Shown here piece after piece: positions 46,182 to 57,614 of a stretch of 64,000 bases of DNA. The stretch's first letter is position 1; every line of letters begins with the position of its first letter. The position numbers and the translations under genes were made by a program. A model generated the notes under the pieces. The model had not been told where the DNA came from. It ran no database searches and saw only the letters and a list, made by a program, of their open reading frames with translations. The stretch is from an uncultured Lachnospiraceae bacterium (lineage in GTDB: Bacteria > Bacillota > Clostridia > Lachnospirales > Lachnospiraceae), in contig CAMNJZ010000001.1 of the NCBI GenBank assembly GCA_946541955.1, positions 1,997-65,996 on the forward strand, written 5' to 3'.

Positions 46182-47318
46182 CTACTTCTTCTCAGGGACC
46201 AGAATGGTCCGGATCCCCTGCCTGCGAAGCTCCATGGCCTGCTGCAGGCATGTCTGATAGGTCTCCGGCCTGTAGCTGATCTTTTCGATCCGGATGTCGG
46301 TGTTTATGCAGATCTTCTGCCTCTGCAGAGCTTCCAGCACGGAATCGATCTGGATCATAAAGCCGATGGAGGGGGCGTCCTTGCCGAAGTAGGAAAGAAG
46401 GCCGTCATAGCGGCCGCCGGTGGCAATGGCCTCCCCGGTCCCATACGTATATCCTTTGAAGATCACGCCGGTATAGTAGTGATATTTGGACAAAAGGGTC
46501 AGATCAAAGCTGATATATCTGCCGTAGCCATAGCTTTCCATGGCGCTGTAAAGATCGATCAGCCTGTCGATGGCCTTTCTGGACCTGTCGTTGCCGGTGG
46601 CTTCCCGGACCCTTTTAAGGGCTTCCCGGTCATCCATGAAGTCTGTGATTCGGAGGAATTCATCTCTCTGGGCAGCCTTCATGCCCCTGCTTTTCAAAAG
46701 GGCCTCCGCCGCAAAATAGTTTTTGCCGGAAATATAGTCGCGCAGGGCTCCCTCCGTCTCTTCATCGAGGCCGGCCGCCTGGCAGACGCCTTTGAAATAC
46801 TCCACGTTGCCGACAGAGATCTGAAATTCGGACAGGCCGGCCTTCCTGAGGCATTCAATCAAAAGGGCGATCATTTCGGCATCCGCATAGACAGAAGCAT
46901 CGTTGATCAGCTCCACGCCGGTCTGGGTGGATTCGTTGAGCTTTCCCTGCAGAGAGGAGGTGTTTACGAAAGCCGATCCCTGGTAGCAAAAGCGCAGAGG
47001 ATCCTTCTCCTCCATGAAATATTTGGCCACGCACCGGGCCACGGGGGGAGTAAAGTCGGGGCGCAGGGTCAGGGTGTTGCCGTCCGTGTCAAAGAACTTG
47101 TAAAGGTCCCTTGAGGGCGTGGTCCCGATCTCTCTGGAAAAAACGTCAAAATATTCAAAGGTCGGCGTCTGCAGATCCTCGTAGCCATACAGATGCATGG
47201 CGTCCAGGATCCTGGACTGGACCAGCTGCTTTCTGGCATTCTCACTGCCGTATATATCTCTGACACCATCCGGGGTGTGGAGAAGTTCATGATAAGAGTC
47301 AGGCGTATGGATACTCAT
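46182..47318 (-). CDS. hisZ: ATP phosphoribosyltransferase regulatory subunit
   Basis: TPDGVRD, LRPDFT, QTGVEL, YYTG, GGRYD; HisRS-like and upstream of hisG. Confidence 0.95.
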   Translation of the reverse strand: MSIHTPDSYHELLHTPDGVRDIYGSENARKQLVQSRILDAMHLYGYEDLQTPTFEYFDVFSREIGTTPSRDLYKFFDTDGNTLTLRPDFTPPVARCVAKYFMEEKDPLRFCYQGSAFVNTSSLQGKLNESTQTGVELINDASVYADAEMIALLIECLRKAGLSEFQISVGNVEYFKGVCQAAGLDEETEGALRDYISGKNYFAAEALLKSRGMKAAQRDEFLRITDFMDDREALKRVREATGNDRSRKAIDRLIDLYSAMESYGYGRYISFDLTLLSKYHYYTGVIFKGYTYGTGEAIATGGRYDGLLSYFGKDAPSIGFMIQIDSVLEALQRQKICINTDIRIEKISYRPETYQTCLQQAMELRRQGIRTILVPEKK

Positions 47319-47334
47319 TAAAATCGTTCCTCGT

Positions 47335-47370
47335 TGCTTTAGTATATTGCAGTGCTAATACATTAACATG
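47335..47370. promoter_or_regulatory. candidate HisR (TrpR/YerC-like) operator(s)
   Basis: TGCTTTA-GTATAT-TGCAGTG resembles the YACTTTA-N6-TAAAGTR box as I recall it; a second overlapping partial box follows; directly upstream of hisZ. Confidence 0.45.
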
Positions 47371-47414
47371 CTGCCGCAAAGACTCATTTATGATAAAGTC
47401 TGCTGCGCATCCTG

Positions 47415-47951
47415 TCAAGGCTCCCGTTCAAGAAGGTCTTTATTGATCATCTCCAGATAAGGGACCATGACGCCGGCGCTTCTTGGCAGGATCCAGGTCA
47501 GATCCAGCTCATCATAGCGGAAGCTCTTCCTTCCGCCGGCCTTGGCCCGTTCCCAGAAGGGAAGGAAATAACGCAGGGGCAGATAATAATAGAGGTCGTC
47601 CCTGGTGAAGCTGATCAGAAAAAAGGCGATGCCCTTCTGGGCTTCAAATTCCTGCATGAACTGGACCTGATGCTCATGAATGTTCTGGAGACTGAAGGTA
47701 TGGGTCGCGCACTCCTTGGCGTCAAAGCATACCGGGATCCCCTGGATCGCACCGATATAGTCAACGGTGCTCTTTCTCTCAAAATAGGCCAGGGTGATAT
47801 GGCGGGACTCCTTGTCCATCTGGATGGGCGTGATGGGAGTAGGGATCTTCTGGATCAGGGCCAGGCCCTTTTCTCTGTATTTTTCATTGGTCCTGTTGAT
47901 CAGCTCCTCAAAAACGGAGCCGCGCAGGCCTCTGGATGACCATGTGGGCAT
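47415..47951 (-). CDS. recU: Holliday junction resolvase
   Basis: RGSVFE, IQKIPTPI, STVDYIG, FDAKEC, HEHQ. Confidence 0.95.
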   Translation of the reverse strand: MPTWSSRGLRGSVFEELINRTNEKYREKGLALIQKIPTPITPIQMDKESRHITLAYFERKSTVDYIGAIQGIPVCFDAKECATHTFSLQNIHEHQVQFMQEFEAQKGIAFFLISFTRDDLYYYLPLRYFLPFWERAKAGGRKSFRYDELDLTWILPRSAGVMVPYLEMINKDLLEREP

Positions 47952-47961
47952 GGACTTCTCC

Positions 47962-48990
47962 TTACTGCTTCAAAATTCTGGTATAGAGGGCAGGGAGGGG
48001 CGCCTGGATGACTTTTTCAGACAGGGCGCTGCAGTCTCCCTCCAGGACCGGAAATTCCAGGCGGCAGCAGTAAAGGAGCTGTCGTCTGATATGAAAGCGG
48101 TCCATCAGGGCCCGCATTTTCTCCCGGTCTCCGTATTTGGGATCGCCGGCGATGGGAAATCCAAGAGATGCGAACTGGACGCGGAGCTGGTGGCTCCTGC
48201 CGGTAACAAGCTCGGCCTCCACCAGGGTCAGCCCGTTCCCCTGCCGGATGGGTCTGTAGAGGGTCCTGCTGAAATCTGCATCCGCCATTTTTTCTCTGCT
48301 GAAGGTCACCTTGTTGCTTGCAGCGTCCTTGCTGATCCAGCCTTCGATGATTCCTTCCTTTTCCAGCTTTCCAAGCACCACCAGGCGGTAGAATTTACGG
48401 ATCTTCCTGTCCCGGATCAGGCCGGTCATGGTCCGGCTCCCGGTCAGGGTCTTGGCACAGATCAGGATCCCGCCTGTATTCCTGTCCAGCCTGTTGCAGA
48501 CAGCGGGCCGAAAGGCCCTAAAGGACCGGTAAAGGGCCAGGGGGTCAGCTGCTTTTTTCAGAAGGTATCCCAGGAGCCACTCGTTAACCGAAACATCCTC
48601 CGGGCGGGCCTTCTGCGACAGGATCCCTGCAGGCTTGACGCAAAGGAGGACGTCCTCGTCTTCATATAAGACCTCCAGACTGTCGGCCTTTTTCCCGGCT
48701 GCCAGAAACTCCTCCAGGGCCTTTTTGTCTTCCCTGTCCCGGTCTTTTTCCTCCTGTGCCCCGGCACTCCCTCTGGAAAACTTATCAAAGGTCTCCTCAG
48801 ACAGGAAGAAGATCACCCTGTCCCCCAGGGCTGTGATCTCGCTTCCGTCAGCCTTTTTTCCGTTCAGGGTTATGTTCTTTTTCCTGAGCATCTTGTAGAC
48901 GAAGGAGTTTGGTGCAAAGGGCAGCGTGCGCTTTATATATTTGTCCAGGCGCTGGCCTTCCTCTCCCTTTTCGATGGTGCGCTCTTTCAT
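47962..48990 (-). CDS. RluA family pseudouridine synthase
   Basis: S4 domain (QRLDKY), NRLDRNTGG, TGRSHQLR, GDPKYG. Confidence 0.95.
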   Translation of the reverse strand: MKERTIEKGEEGQRLDKYIKRTLPFAPNSFVYKMLRKKNITLNGKKADGSEITALGDRVIFFLSEETFDKFSRGSAGAQEEKDRDREDKKALEEFLAAGKKADSLEVLYEDEDVLLCVKPAGILSQKARPEDVSVNEWLLGYLLKKAADPLALYRSFRAFRPAVCNRLDRNTGGILICAKTLTGSRTMTGLIRDRKIRKFYRLVVLGKLEKEGIIEGWISKDAASNKVTFSREKMADADFSRTLYRPIRQGNGLTLVEAELVTGRSHQLRVQFASLGFPIAGDPKYGDREKMRALMDRFHIRRQLLYCCRLEFPVLEGDCSALSEKVIQAPLPALYTRILKQ

Positions 48991-49002
48991 TTTATTTCCT
49001 TA

Positions 49003-49563
49003 TTACAGAGAGATCTGCTTTAAAAGCTTCAGGATGCCGCCGGCATGGGGATCTTTTTCGCCTCCCTTTTCCCGAATCTCCTTCAGTCTTCCGATATACT
49101 TGTCTCTGTCTTCAAAAATCTTGATGGTATAGCCCTTATAGCCTTCTGTTTCCATCATCTTCCGGATATGAGCCTGGCCTTCCCCTGTCTGGCAGGAGGG
49201 ATCTTCGGTCAGGGCCAGCACAGCGCCCCCTGCCACACAGGCATGGCTGAGGCTATAGTTTTTCTGGTAGCTGGTCAGATACAGATCGTAGGCGCCAGGC
49301 GTATCCCCTATATATTTCTCGATCTCCTGCATGGCCTCCCCGGAGCAGCAGGGAGCTCTGAAGAACATGACTGCGTCCAGAATCGCCCGTCCGGTCGGCA
49401 GACACATCAGGGCTGCCATGATGGTAAATACATTTTTGGGCGTACCCAGATAGGCTCTGGCCCCGAAATAGACGATGGCCGTAGCTGCGATAAGCAGGGC
49501 AGAAAGAAGGATCTTCTGCTTCCTGGCAGCGCGGATATAGCCGTAGCTTCCTTTTTTATTCAC
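49003..49563 (-). CDS. conserved hypothetical membrane protein
   Basis: GTG start; KGSYGYI, two TM segments; in frame and operonic with its neighbours. Confidence 0.7.
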   Translation of the reverse strand: MNKKGSYGYIRAARKQKILLSALLIAATAIVYFGARAYLGTPKNVFTIMAALMCLPTGRAILDAVMFFRAPCCSGEAMQEIEKYIGDTPGAYDLYLTSYQKNYSLSHACVAGGAVLALTEDPSCQTGEGQAHIRKMMETEGYKGYTIKIFEDRDKYIGRLKEIREKGGEKDPHAGGILKLLKQISL

Positions 49564-49579
49564 GGTACTTAAGTCTCCT

Positions 49580-50269
49580 TTATGCAAAAATGATGTCTCT
49601 GAAATCCCGGATCGTATAGTGGGCCAGGGCGTCCTTTTCATCCTGATAGGACTTTGAGTCCTCATCAAAAACGCTGCAGACCTCCATGCCGGCTGCAAGA
49701 CCGGCCTGGATGCCAGGAATGATATCTTCAAATACCAGGCAGTGCCTGGGGTCTGCCCCCATTTTTCCACTGGCCAGCAGATAAATTTCCGGATCCGGTT
49801 TTCCCCGGGTCACTTCATCCCCTGTGATCACAGCGTCAAAGGCGTCCCCCAGATCCAGGGCGGTCAGAAGAGCTTCCACAAGCTTTCGGGAATTGCTGGT
49901 GGCGATCCCGCAGGGGATTCCTTCCTTCTTCAGATACCCAAGCAGGGCCTTTGCCCCCGGCTTTAGAAAAACCTCATGCTGGTACTTATCCATGGCCATC
50001 CGGTTCCACTCCGCCTGGATCTCTTCCGGACTGCCGGGAATGCAAAAGCGCTCCTTGAAATAATAAGACATCTCCTTCAGAGACATCCCTCCCAGGTCCT
50101 TTTGAAAGTTCTCCGGGACTTCATAGCCGTGCCGGCCCAGAAATTCAATGTCAATGGCCTTCCAGATCCACATGGAATCCACCAGGGATCCATCCATATC
50201 AAATATAACGCCCTCGTAGGACCCGGCTGAGATCCTGGGGCTGCCTTTTACAGGTACAGGTACTGTCAT
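49580..50269 (-). CDS. HAD family phosphatase (beta-PGM/CbbY-like)
   Basis: FDMDGSLVDS, IATSN, GKPDP, VFED. Confidence 0.9.
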   Translation of the reverse strand: MTVPVPVKGSPRISAGSYEGVIFDMDGSLVDSMWIWKAIDIEFLGRHGYEVPENFQKDLGGMSLKEMSYYFKERFCIPGSPEEIQAEWNRMAMDKYQHEVFLKPGAKALLGYLKKEGIPCGIATSNSRKLVEALLTALDLGDAFDAVITGDEVTRGKPDPEIYLLASGKMGADPRHCLVFEDIIPGIQAGLAAGMEVCSVFDEDSKSYQDEKDALAHYTIRDFRDIIFA

Positions 50270-50341
50270 ATATTTTCTTTCTGCTAAAAAGAAAGGCATT
50301 TTCCCGGCAATCCCGGAAAAATGCCTTCCTAGAGAATTCAC

Positions 50342-50968
50342 TTACATCATATCTGTGTTGACGAAGTCGCCGCCATTGTCGGCAGGCTCTTCACTTTCGT
50401 AACCCTCTTCATCGGCATACTCTTCCTCTTCCTGAGGTGCAAGCTCTGCACGGTTTGATCTTACCTTGCTGATATAATCAGAGAGGATCGAATGAAGGCT
50501 GCCAAAGGTAGAGGTCAGTTCGTTCAGCGCCCTTGTGGTATCACCGTCGACTGCAGCCAGCATATTGTCCATATAGGTGGTAGCAGACTCGCTGATGGCC
50601 TGGGCCTGAGAATTGGCCTGATCCAGGATGGCTCTGGCTTCGTTCTCGGCAGAACCGACGATCTGAGAAGCCTTGTCCTCAGCACGGGCTACGATTTCAG
50701 ATTCATCGACCATCTGCTGGGCTGTCTGGGTCGCCTCATTGATCATATCGTCCGCTTTCCTGCGGGCATCCTCCAGGATGTTCTCCTTGTTGGCAATGAT
50801 CCTGCGATAGCTCTTGATCTCTTCAGGAGTTCTGGCACGAAGCTCTTCCAGAAGCTCATCCAGCTCATCCTTGTCTACAATGATATTGGTCTTGGAAAAA
50901 GCCTGGAACTTACAATTGTCAATATAATCCTCGATGGCATCGATCTGCTGTTCAATCTTGCTGCTCAT
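50342..50968 (-). CDS. conserved coiled-coil protein (often annotated as ATPase subunit H-like)
   Basis: VDKDEL..PEEIK followed by heptad repeats; usual position downstream of coaD. Confidence 0.75.
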   Translation of the reverse strand: MSSKIEQQIDAIEDYIDNCKFQAFSKTNIIVDKDELDELLEELRARTPEEIKSYRRIIANKENILEDARRKADDMINEATQTAQQMVDESEIVARAEDKASQIVGSAENEARAILDQANSQAQAISESATTYMDNMLAAVDGDTTRALNELTSTFGSLHSILSDYISKVRSNRAELAPQEEEEYADEEGYESEEPADNGGDFVNTDMM

Positions 50969-51006
50969 ACCCTTTATACTCCTTCAATCAGTCAATTCAA
51001 AAAATA

Positions 51007-51495
51007 TTACTGCAGATTTTTCATCCTCTCAATGATCTTCTCTTCGATATAAGGCGGTACACACATGGAGATATCGCCATGGAACATGGCGATTTCCTTG
51101 ACGCTGGAAGAGCTCAGATAGGCATATTGGAGCGATGTCGTCAGGAAGATCGTATCCAGAGCGCCCTTGGACAGGAGTCTGTTGGTCTGTGCGATCTGCA
51201 GTTCATACTCAAAGTCCGTCACCGCACGGAGTCCTCTGATCGCCACATGGAGATTCTCCCTGGCGGCATAGTTGACCAGTAGGCCGTTAAAGAAGTCTAC
51301 ACGGACGTTGGGTATATCTTCCGTCACTTTCTGTAACATTCTAACACGTTCTTCTACTGAAAACAACGCTGTTTTTGCCTTGTTGTCCAGGACCGCCACC
51401 GTGACCTGATCGAACATGGCAGAAGCTCTTTTAATGATATCAATGTGACCGTAAGTAACCGGATCAAAGCTTCCGGGATAAACTGCGTTCTTCAC
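51007..51495 (-). CDS. coaD: pantetheine-phosphate adenylyltransferase
   Basis: [28 protein letters not shown]. Confidence 0.97.
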   Translation of the reverse strand: MKNAVYPGSFDPVTYGHIDIIKRASAMFDQVTVAVLDNKAKTALFSVEERVRMLQKVTEDIPNVRVDFFNGLLVNYAARENLHVAIRGLRAVTDFEYELQIAQTNRLLSKGALDTIFLTTSLQYAYLSSSSVKEIAMFHGDISMCVPPYIEEKIIERMKNLQ

Positions 51496-51500
51496 TCTGT

Positions 51501-52058
51501 CTATACCTCCGTGGTTTTCCTGATGAAGAGATGACGATTGGTCTTATAATCCTTCTCCCTGACGATCTGGAAACCGATCTCTTCCAGATCGGAAAAATCG
51601 CTGTCCAGGGAGGTCTCAACGATGATGAGCGTTTCTTCTGTTACATAGGAGCATCCCTGCAGAATCTGAAGCGCATTGACCGCCACCTCCGATTCATAGG
51701 GCGGATCCATATAGATGATGTGCACTTCCTTCTCGTGGATATGGCGCAGGGCGTTCAGCGCCTCCTGCTTCAGGAGCACGGACTGGTCCTCGAACCGGGT
51801 GGTATGAATATTCTTTTGTATACAGGCAATGGCCTTCTTGTCATTTTCGATAAAGTAGGCCCTTCTGGCGCCGCGGCTCAAAGCCTCGATGCCCATCTGC
51901 CCGCTGCCGGCACAAAGGTCGACAAAAACGGAGCCCGGTACATCGAACTGGATCATATTGAATAAAGTCTCTTTGATGATATCCTGTGTCGGCCTGGTGT
52001 CCATTCCATCCGGGGTCACCAGCTTCATTCTGCGTGCCGTTCCTGCAATAACTCTCAT
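51501..52058 (-). CDS. rsmD: 16S rRNA m2G966 methyltransferase
   Basis: [27 protein letters not shown]. Confidence 0.95.
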   Translation of the reverse strand: MRVIAGTARRMKLVTPDGMDTRPTQDIIKETLFNMIQFDVPGSVFVDLCAGSGQMGIEALSRGARRAYFIENDKKAIACIQKNIHTTRFEDQSVLLKQEALNALRHIHEKEVHIIYMDPPYESEVAVNALQILQGCSYVTEETLIIVETSLDSDFSDLEEIGFQIVREKDYKTNRHLFIRKTTEV

Positions 52059-52247
52059 AGGATTCCTCTTACCTTTCCCGTCCCGGCCTTTGCGGCCAGG
52101 TCTCTTATGGGGCAAATCACCATCGACTGTGCAGTTATGCATTATAACATGAACCACTGCCCAGGTCAAAAAAATGAATAATCCTGCTGGCGCAGAATGA
52201 TTCATTTTAGAGCCTGGGCCGCATGCGGCCCAGGACTCTTCGGGTCA

Positions 52248-54536
52248 TTAAAGCTTCTTCGTTCCCTTTGTGTCCCGTTTGCCAAGCTTCATCCTGCTGA
52301 TGTCGACCTCCTGGTCATTGACTGTAATGACGCCCGGCTGGTCCTCTCCGATCAGATAAGCGCCTTCGACCTGATCATTTTTGGAAAGACGCATTCCGTG
52401 AACGCCCATGGAGGCCTTCTTCTGGGAAGGAATCTCGTCCAGGCGGAACTTCAGGAAATAGCCACCGGCGCTGCGAAGGACAAGGGCACTTTCCTCTCCC
52501 ACCGGCACAAGGGCCGCCAGTTTGTCGCCTTCCTGGAGCTTGGTGGCAGCGATCGTCTTGCGGGCTGCGTCGAACTCCTTTCCTTCCACGATCTTGACCA
52601 TGCCTCCGGCTGTGACAAAGAGGATTCTGCCTTCCAGAAGGTCCTTCTGGGGGCAGGCGTAGACAATGGTTTCGTTTTCCGTGCTGTAATTGGAAACATT
52701 GTCAATGGGGGTTCCCTTGTCCCGGAGCTTGCCGGCAGGAAGATCCTGCATGCGGATGGTATGCATCTGCCCGGCCTCTGTGAAGACGCAGATCTTGCCT
52801 GCGCTTGTGGCCCTGAAATGGAAACGGTAGGCGGTTTCCACTGCCTCCATATTTCTTTCCACCAGAGAAGGCTCCATGGTCTTGGCATAGCAGAACCGGT
52901 CCATGATAAAGTAGAGCTCTCTGTCCTCTTCGGAAGCCCCGATCCTGAAAACGGCTTCCGCAGCCTGGGTGATCTCGGTCCTTCTTTCCCTTGCATATTT
53001 CTTTTTCAGGGACAGAAGGTCCTTGCGGATCACGGCCCGCATGGACCTGCGGGATTCCAGGATATCTTCATAGCGGTAAATGTTGGCGCAGGTCTCGTCA
53101 TATTCCTTCATCAGGGCTTCGATCTCCAGACCGATCAGTCTGTAGAGCCGCATATCCAGAATGGCGTCTGCCTGGGCCGGCGTAAAGGCCAGCTCTCTGG
53201 CCATCATGGCCGATTCGGGATATTTGAACTTGATCCCTGTAATATCGCCCTCTACCAGACAGGCCTTGGCCATTTTCCTGTCTCTGGAGCCTCTCAGGAT
53301 CTCAATGATCAGATCAATGACGTCCACCGCCTTGATCAGGCCCTCCTGGATCTCTTTTTTCTTTCTTTCCTTCTCCAGAAGATTGGTATACTTGCGGGTA
53401 TTGATCTGATACTGGAAATCCGCGTTGTAGCGGAGAATGTCCTTCAGTCCCAGGGTCTCGGGCCTTCCGTCTGCAATGGCCAGCATGTTGACCCCGAAGG
53501 TGTCCTCCAGGCGGGTCTTCTTGTAGAGCATGTTTTTGAAATTCTCTACATCGGTATCCTTCTTGAGTTCAATGACGATCCGGATGCCCTCCTTGGAGGA
53601 CTGGTTGGTGATATCAATGATATCGTTCGTCAGCTTGTTCTCGGCCAGGGCGGCCACATCGGAAAGGAATTTCCCGATGCCGGCTCCGATCATGGTATAG
53701 GGGATCTCTGTCACGACCAGATTGATATGGCCTGCTCTTCCCTTCTCCACTTCCACTCTGCCCCGGATCCGGATCTTGCCGCTGCCGGTCTCATAGATCT
53801 CCTCCAGGTCATCCTGGTTGACCACAATGCCGCCAGTGGGGAAGTCCGGTCCCTTTACATACTGCATCAGTTCCCGGGTGGAAAGATCGGGATTGTCCAG
53901 AAAAGCGATCTGGGCGTCGATGGCCTCCCCCAGGTTATGGGGCGGGGTCGAGGTAGCCATGCCGACGGCAATGCCTTCAGACCCGTTGATCAGGAAATGA
54001 GGGATCCTGACCGGCAGGACGGAGGGCTCCTTTTCGGTCTCGTCAAAGTTGGGAACAAAGTCCACCACGTCCTTGTCCAGATCCGCCAGGAAGGCGTCCT
54101 CGGTCAGCTTTTCCAGACGGGCTTCGGTATAACGCATGGCTGCGGCGCCGTCTCCTTCGATGTTGCCGAAGTTGCCGTGGCCGTCCACCAGGGTCACTTC
54201 CTTCTTGAAGTCCTGGGCCATTACGACCAGCGAATCATAGATGGAGCTGTCACCATGGGGATGGTATTTACCCATGGTATCACCGACGATCCTGGCGCTC
54301 TTTCTGTGGGGCCTGTCAGAACGGATCCCCAGCTCGCTCATGGAGTAAAGGACACGCCTCTGTACAGGCTTCAGGCCGTCCCTTATATCGGGCAGAGCTC
54401 TGGCCACGATGACGCTCATGGCGTAATCGATGAAGGATTTCTGCATCAGCTCCGAATATTCTGTTTTGATGATCCGGTCCTCCTCCGGAATGAGGGGGGC
54501 CGTGCTGTTGTCTTTTTTATTCTCTTTCTTTGCCAT
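52248..54536 (-). CDS. parC: type IIA topoisomerase A subunit (ParC-like)
   Basis: [30 protein letters not shown]; short CTD, no GyrA box seen. Confidence 0.88.
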   Translation of the reverse strand: MAKKENKKDNSTAPLIPEEDRIIKTEYSELMQKSFIDYAMSVIVARALPDIRDGLKPVQRRVLYSMSELGIRSDRPHRKSARIVGDTMGKYHPHGDSSIYDSLVVMAQDFKKEVTLVDGHGNFGNIEGDGAAAMRYTEARLEKLTEDAFLADLDKDVVDFVPNFDETEKEPSVLPVRIPHFLINGSEGIAVGMATSTPPHNLGEAIDAQIAFLDNPDLSTRELMQYVKGPDFPTGGIVVNQDDLEEIYETGSGKIRIRGRVEVEKGRAGHINLVVTEIPYTMIGAGIGKFLSDVAALAENKLTNDIIDITNQSSKEGIRIVIELKKDTDVENFKNMLYKKTRLEDTFGVNMLAIADGRPETLGLKDILRYNADFQYQINTRKYTNLLEKERKKKEIQEGLIKAVDVIDLIIEILRGSRDRKMAKACLVEGDITGIKFKYPESAMMARELAFTPAQADAILDMRLYRLIGLEIEALMKEYDETCANIYRYEDILESRRSMRAVIRKDLLSLKKKYARERRTEITQAAEAVFRIGASEEDRELYFIMDRFCYAKTMEPSLVERNMEAVETAYRFHFRATSAGKICVFTEAGQMHTIRMQDLPAGKLRDKGTPIDNVSNYSTENETIVYACPQKDLLEGRILFVTAGGMVKIVEGKEFDAARKTIAATKLQEGDKLAALVPVGEESALVLRSAGGYFLKFRLDEIPSQKKASMGVHGMRLSKNDQVEGAYLIGEDQPGVITVNDQEVDISRMKLGKRDTKGTKKL

Positions 54537-54540
54537 TTAC

Positions 54541-56472
54541 TTAAATGTCCAGTTCTGCATCGCTTGCGTGATCATGAATATAGGCTCTCCTGGGCGGTAC
54601 ATCCGATCCCATGAGAAGCTCGGTCATGTTGGAGGCCTGGATGGCGTCCTCAATCTGCACCTGTCTCATATATCTGCGGGCAGGATCCAGGGTCGTTTCC
54701 CAGAGCTGCTCCGCATCCATTTCGCCAAGGCCCTTATAACGCTGAAGGGTAAAATCTCCCGAATGGGTCTTCCGGTACTTTGCCAGGGCGTAGTCATCAT
54801 AAAGGTACTGGCCCTCTCCTTTTTTGGGGACCACCTTGTAAAGCGGCGGCATGGCCACATAGACATGGCCCTCATTGATCAGGTCCGGCATAAAGCGGTA
54901 AAAGAGGGTCAGGAGCAGGTTGGAGATATGGGCGCCGTCCACATCGGCATCCGCCATGATGACGATCTTGTCGTAGCGAAGCTTCGAAATATCAAAGTCA
55001 TTGCCATAGCCTTCCGAAAAGCCGCAGCCAAAGGCGTTGATCATGGTTTTGATCTCCGCATTGGCCAGGATCTTGTCAATGGAGGCCTTCTCCACATTCA
55101 GGATCTTGCCGCGGATGGGCAGGATCGCCTGATACATCCGGTCTCTGGCCATCTTGGCGGACCCGCCTGCCGAATCACCCTCCACGATAAAGATCTCGCA
55201 TTTGGAAGCGTCCCGGCTGGTGCAGTTGGCCAGCTTCCCGTTGGTATCAAAGGAAAACTTGGGCTTTCCCAGAAGATTGGTCTTGATGCTTTCTTCCTTT
55301 TTCCGGATCTTTGCGGCCTTCTCGGCGCAGCCGATCACGGTCTTCAGGGTATCCAGATTCCTGTCGAAGTAACGGACGATCTCCTCGCCTGTGACCTGGG
55401 CCACGGCCCTGGACGCATCCTGGCTGCCCAGCTTGGTCTTGGTCTGGCCTTCAAAGATGGGATCCGGATGCTTGATGGAAACAACGGCCGTCAGACCATT
55501 GCGGATATCGGCGCCGGTGAAATTGGCGTCCTTCTCCTTGAGGATCCCCATGGTCCTGGCATAGGAGTTGATGACCTGGGTGAACTGGGCCTTGAAGCCG
55601 GTCAGGTGCGTACCGCCCTCGGTATTCTGAATGTTGTTGCAGAAGCCCAGGATGTTCTCATGGAATTCATTCACGAACTGGAAGGCCACGTCGACGGAAA
55701 TGTCGTCCGCCATGCCGGAAAAATAGATGATATCCGTCAGGGTCTCCTTGGATTTGTTGAGGCCTCTGATGAAGCCGATGATTCCGTCCGGCTCATGAAA
55801 CTCGATTTTTTCCTTTGTTCCTTCCCGCTTGTCCTCATATACGATGGTCAGGTCGGGATTCAGGTAGGTCGTTTCGTGCAGCCGGTTCTTGATATCCTCT
55901 TCCCGGAACCGGGTCTTTTCAAAGATCTCAGGATCGGGCAGGAAATTGATGATGGTGCCGGTCCCTTTGGCCCTGCCTACGACAGGAAGGAGCCCGTCCT
56001 CCAGCTCCATGGCGGGAATTCCGCGCTCATAGCGGTCCTCGTAAAGCTTTCCTCCGTTTTTGATCTGCACTGTCAGATGGACCGACAGGGCATTGACAAC
56101 AGAGGAGCCGACGCCGTGGAGACCGCCGCTGGTCTTATAGGCCGTATTGTCAAATTTTCCGCCGGCATGCAGGGTGGTAAATACGACACGCTCGGCACTT
56201 ACGCCCTTTTCATGCATCCCGATGGGGATGCCTCTTCCGTTATCCTCAACGGTGCAGGAGCCGTCCTCCTCCAGAGTCACATAAATGGTATCGCAGTAGC
56301 CGGCCAGATGCTCGTCCACAGAGTTGTCCACGATCTCGTAGATCATATGGTTCAGGCCCCTGGTGGATACCGAGCCTATATACATTCCCGGCCGGATCCG
56401 GACTGCTTCCAGGCCCTCCAGCACCCGTATACTGGAGGGATCGTATATTTCTGTCTTATTCTTTTCAGCCAT
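54541..56472 (-). CDS. parE: type IIA topoisomerase B subunit (ParE-like)
   Basis: EAVRIRPGMYIG, EIVDNS, LHAGGKF, EGDSAGG, PIRGK, DADVDG, RYKGLGEM. Confidence 0.88.
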   Translation of the reverse strand: MAEKNKTEIYDPSSIRVLEGLEAVRIRPGMYIGSVSTRGLNHMIYEIVDNSVDEHLAGYCDTIYVTLEEDGSCTVEDNGRGIPIGMHEKGVSAERVVFTTLHAGGKFDNTAYKTSGGLHGVGSSVVNALSVHLTVQIKNGGKLYEDRYERGIPAMELEDGLLPVVGRAKGTGTIINFLPDPEIFEKTRFREEDIKNRLHETTYLNPDLTIVYEDKREGTKEKIEFHEPDGIIGFIRGLNKSKETLTDIIYFSGMADDISVDVAFQFVNEFHENILGFCNNIQNTEGGTHLTGFKAQFTQVINSYARTMGILKEKDANFTGADIRNGLTAVVSIKHPDPIFEGQTKTKLGSQDASRAVAQVTGEEIVRYFDRNLDTLKTVIGCAEKAAKIRKKEESIKTNLLGKPKFSFDTNGKLANCTSRDASKCEIFIVEGDSAGGSAKMARDRMYQAILPIRGKILNVEKASIDKILANAEIKTMINAFGCGFSEGYGNDFDISKLRYDKIVIMADADVDGAHISNLLLTLFYRFMPDLINEGHVYVAMPPLYKVVPKKGEGQYLYDDYALAKYRKTHSGDFTLQRYKGLGEMDAEQLWETTLDPARRYMRQVQIEDAIQASNMTELLMGSDVPPRRAYIHDHASDAELDI

Positions 56473-56629
56473 GTATTCCTCTTCTTTCTCCTGCAGGGCA
56501 CTGCCCTTCCCCATCCGGCCAAAGCCTTCCGGAGGAGCTGCCTGGGGAGAAATATCATTCTTCCTATGAACGGGAAAAATCAGGGGGCTTCCCTGATTTT
56601 TCGGAAAATCCATCCTGTTCAGTTTCAGT

Positions 56630-57505
56630 TTAAAGGTCCGGGATCTCCAGCTTCCTGGAACAGGCAATGGCAAGAGCGCCGGGCCCGATATGGGTACAAA
56701 TGCTCAGGGAAAGCACATCCTCCCTGACTTGGAAGGCAGGAAATGCTTCTCTGACTTCCCTGCTCCAGGGAGCAAAGGTATCAGGGCAGTTGGCATGGAC
56801 CGCATAAAGATGGCAGGTCTCTGTGTCGATTCCTCCAAAGCGTTCGGTCATATCCTTTTTCATAGCGGTCAGCATCGTTGTCTTGCCCTGATTGATGGTC
56901 CTGGCCTTGGAAAAGGCGTCCAGTTTTTCGCCCTGGATCTGCAGGACCGGTTTGAGTCTGAGCAGGGTGCCGATGGCGGCTGCAGCAGGGGTGATCCTGC
57001 CGCCCCGTTTTAAATGCTCCAGGGTATCCAGCATGATATAAATGGAAGATTCGAAACGGACGCTTTCCAGTATTTCCCGGATCCTGGCAGCATCAAAGCC
57101 CTTTTCAGCCAGGGCCAGGGCATCCAGGACAGAAGCCCGCATGGTGACGGAGATTCTCTGGTTGTTGACGACCTCGACCCTTCCGTCATAATCCTCTGCA
57201 AACATCCTGGCACTCTGACAGGAGCCTGAGAGGCCGCTGGACATGGGAATATAGACCACCTGGTCATGCTTTTCCAGGGCCTTGTCCCAGATCTTCATCA
57301 CCTCGCCGGGACTGGGCTGAGAGGTTACGATCTTCTCCTTGTTCTCCATCCTCTGGAAAAACTCTTCCCGGGACATGGTGACATCTTCATAATAGGTCTC
57401 ATCTTCGATCATGAAGGGCATGGGGACGACGCTGACACCCATGTCTTTGCCCATCTGCTGTGTGATCCCGCTGTTGCTGTCCGTAATCACTGCTACTTTG
57501 GCCAT
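56630..57505 (-). CDS. DegV family fatty-acid-binding protein (FakB-like)
   Basis: ITDS, TSQPS, SSGLSGS, LKRGGRI, KPVL, HIGPG. Confidence 0.93.
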   Translation of the reverse strand: MAKVAVITDSNSGITQQMGKDMGVSVVPMPFMIEDETYYEDVTMSREEFFQRMENKEKIVTSQPSPGEVMKIWDKALEKHDQVVYIPMSSGLSGSCQSARMFAEDYDGRVEVVNNQRISVTMRASVLDALALAEKGFDAARIREILESVRFESSIYIMLDTLEHLKRGGRITPAAAAIGTLLRLKPVLQIQGEKLDAFSKARTINQGKTTMLTAMKKDMTERFGGIDTETCHLYAVHANCPDTFAPWSREVREAFPAFQVREDVLSLSICTHIGPGALAIACSRKLEIPDL

Positions 57506-57614
57506 ACTTCTAACTCCAACTCATGCAATAAAACCGGGGAGTGTTATGAAATAAATGTCAGCAAGGATTCCCCGTTTATCACTCGTATGTTTCATAATCC
57601 GTTTTATCATACGT

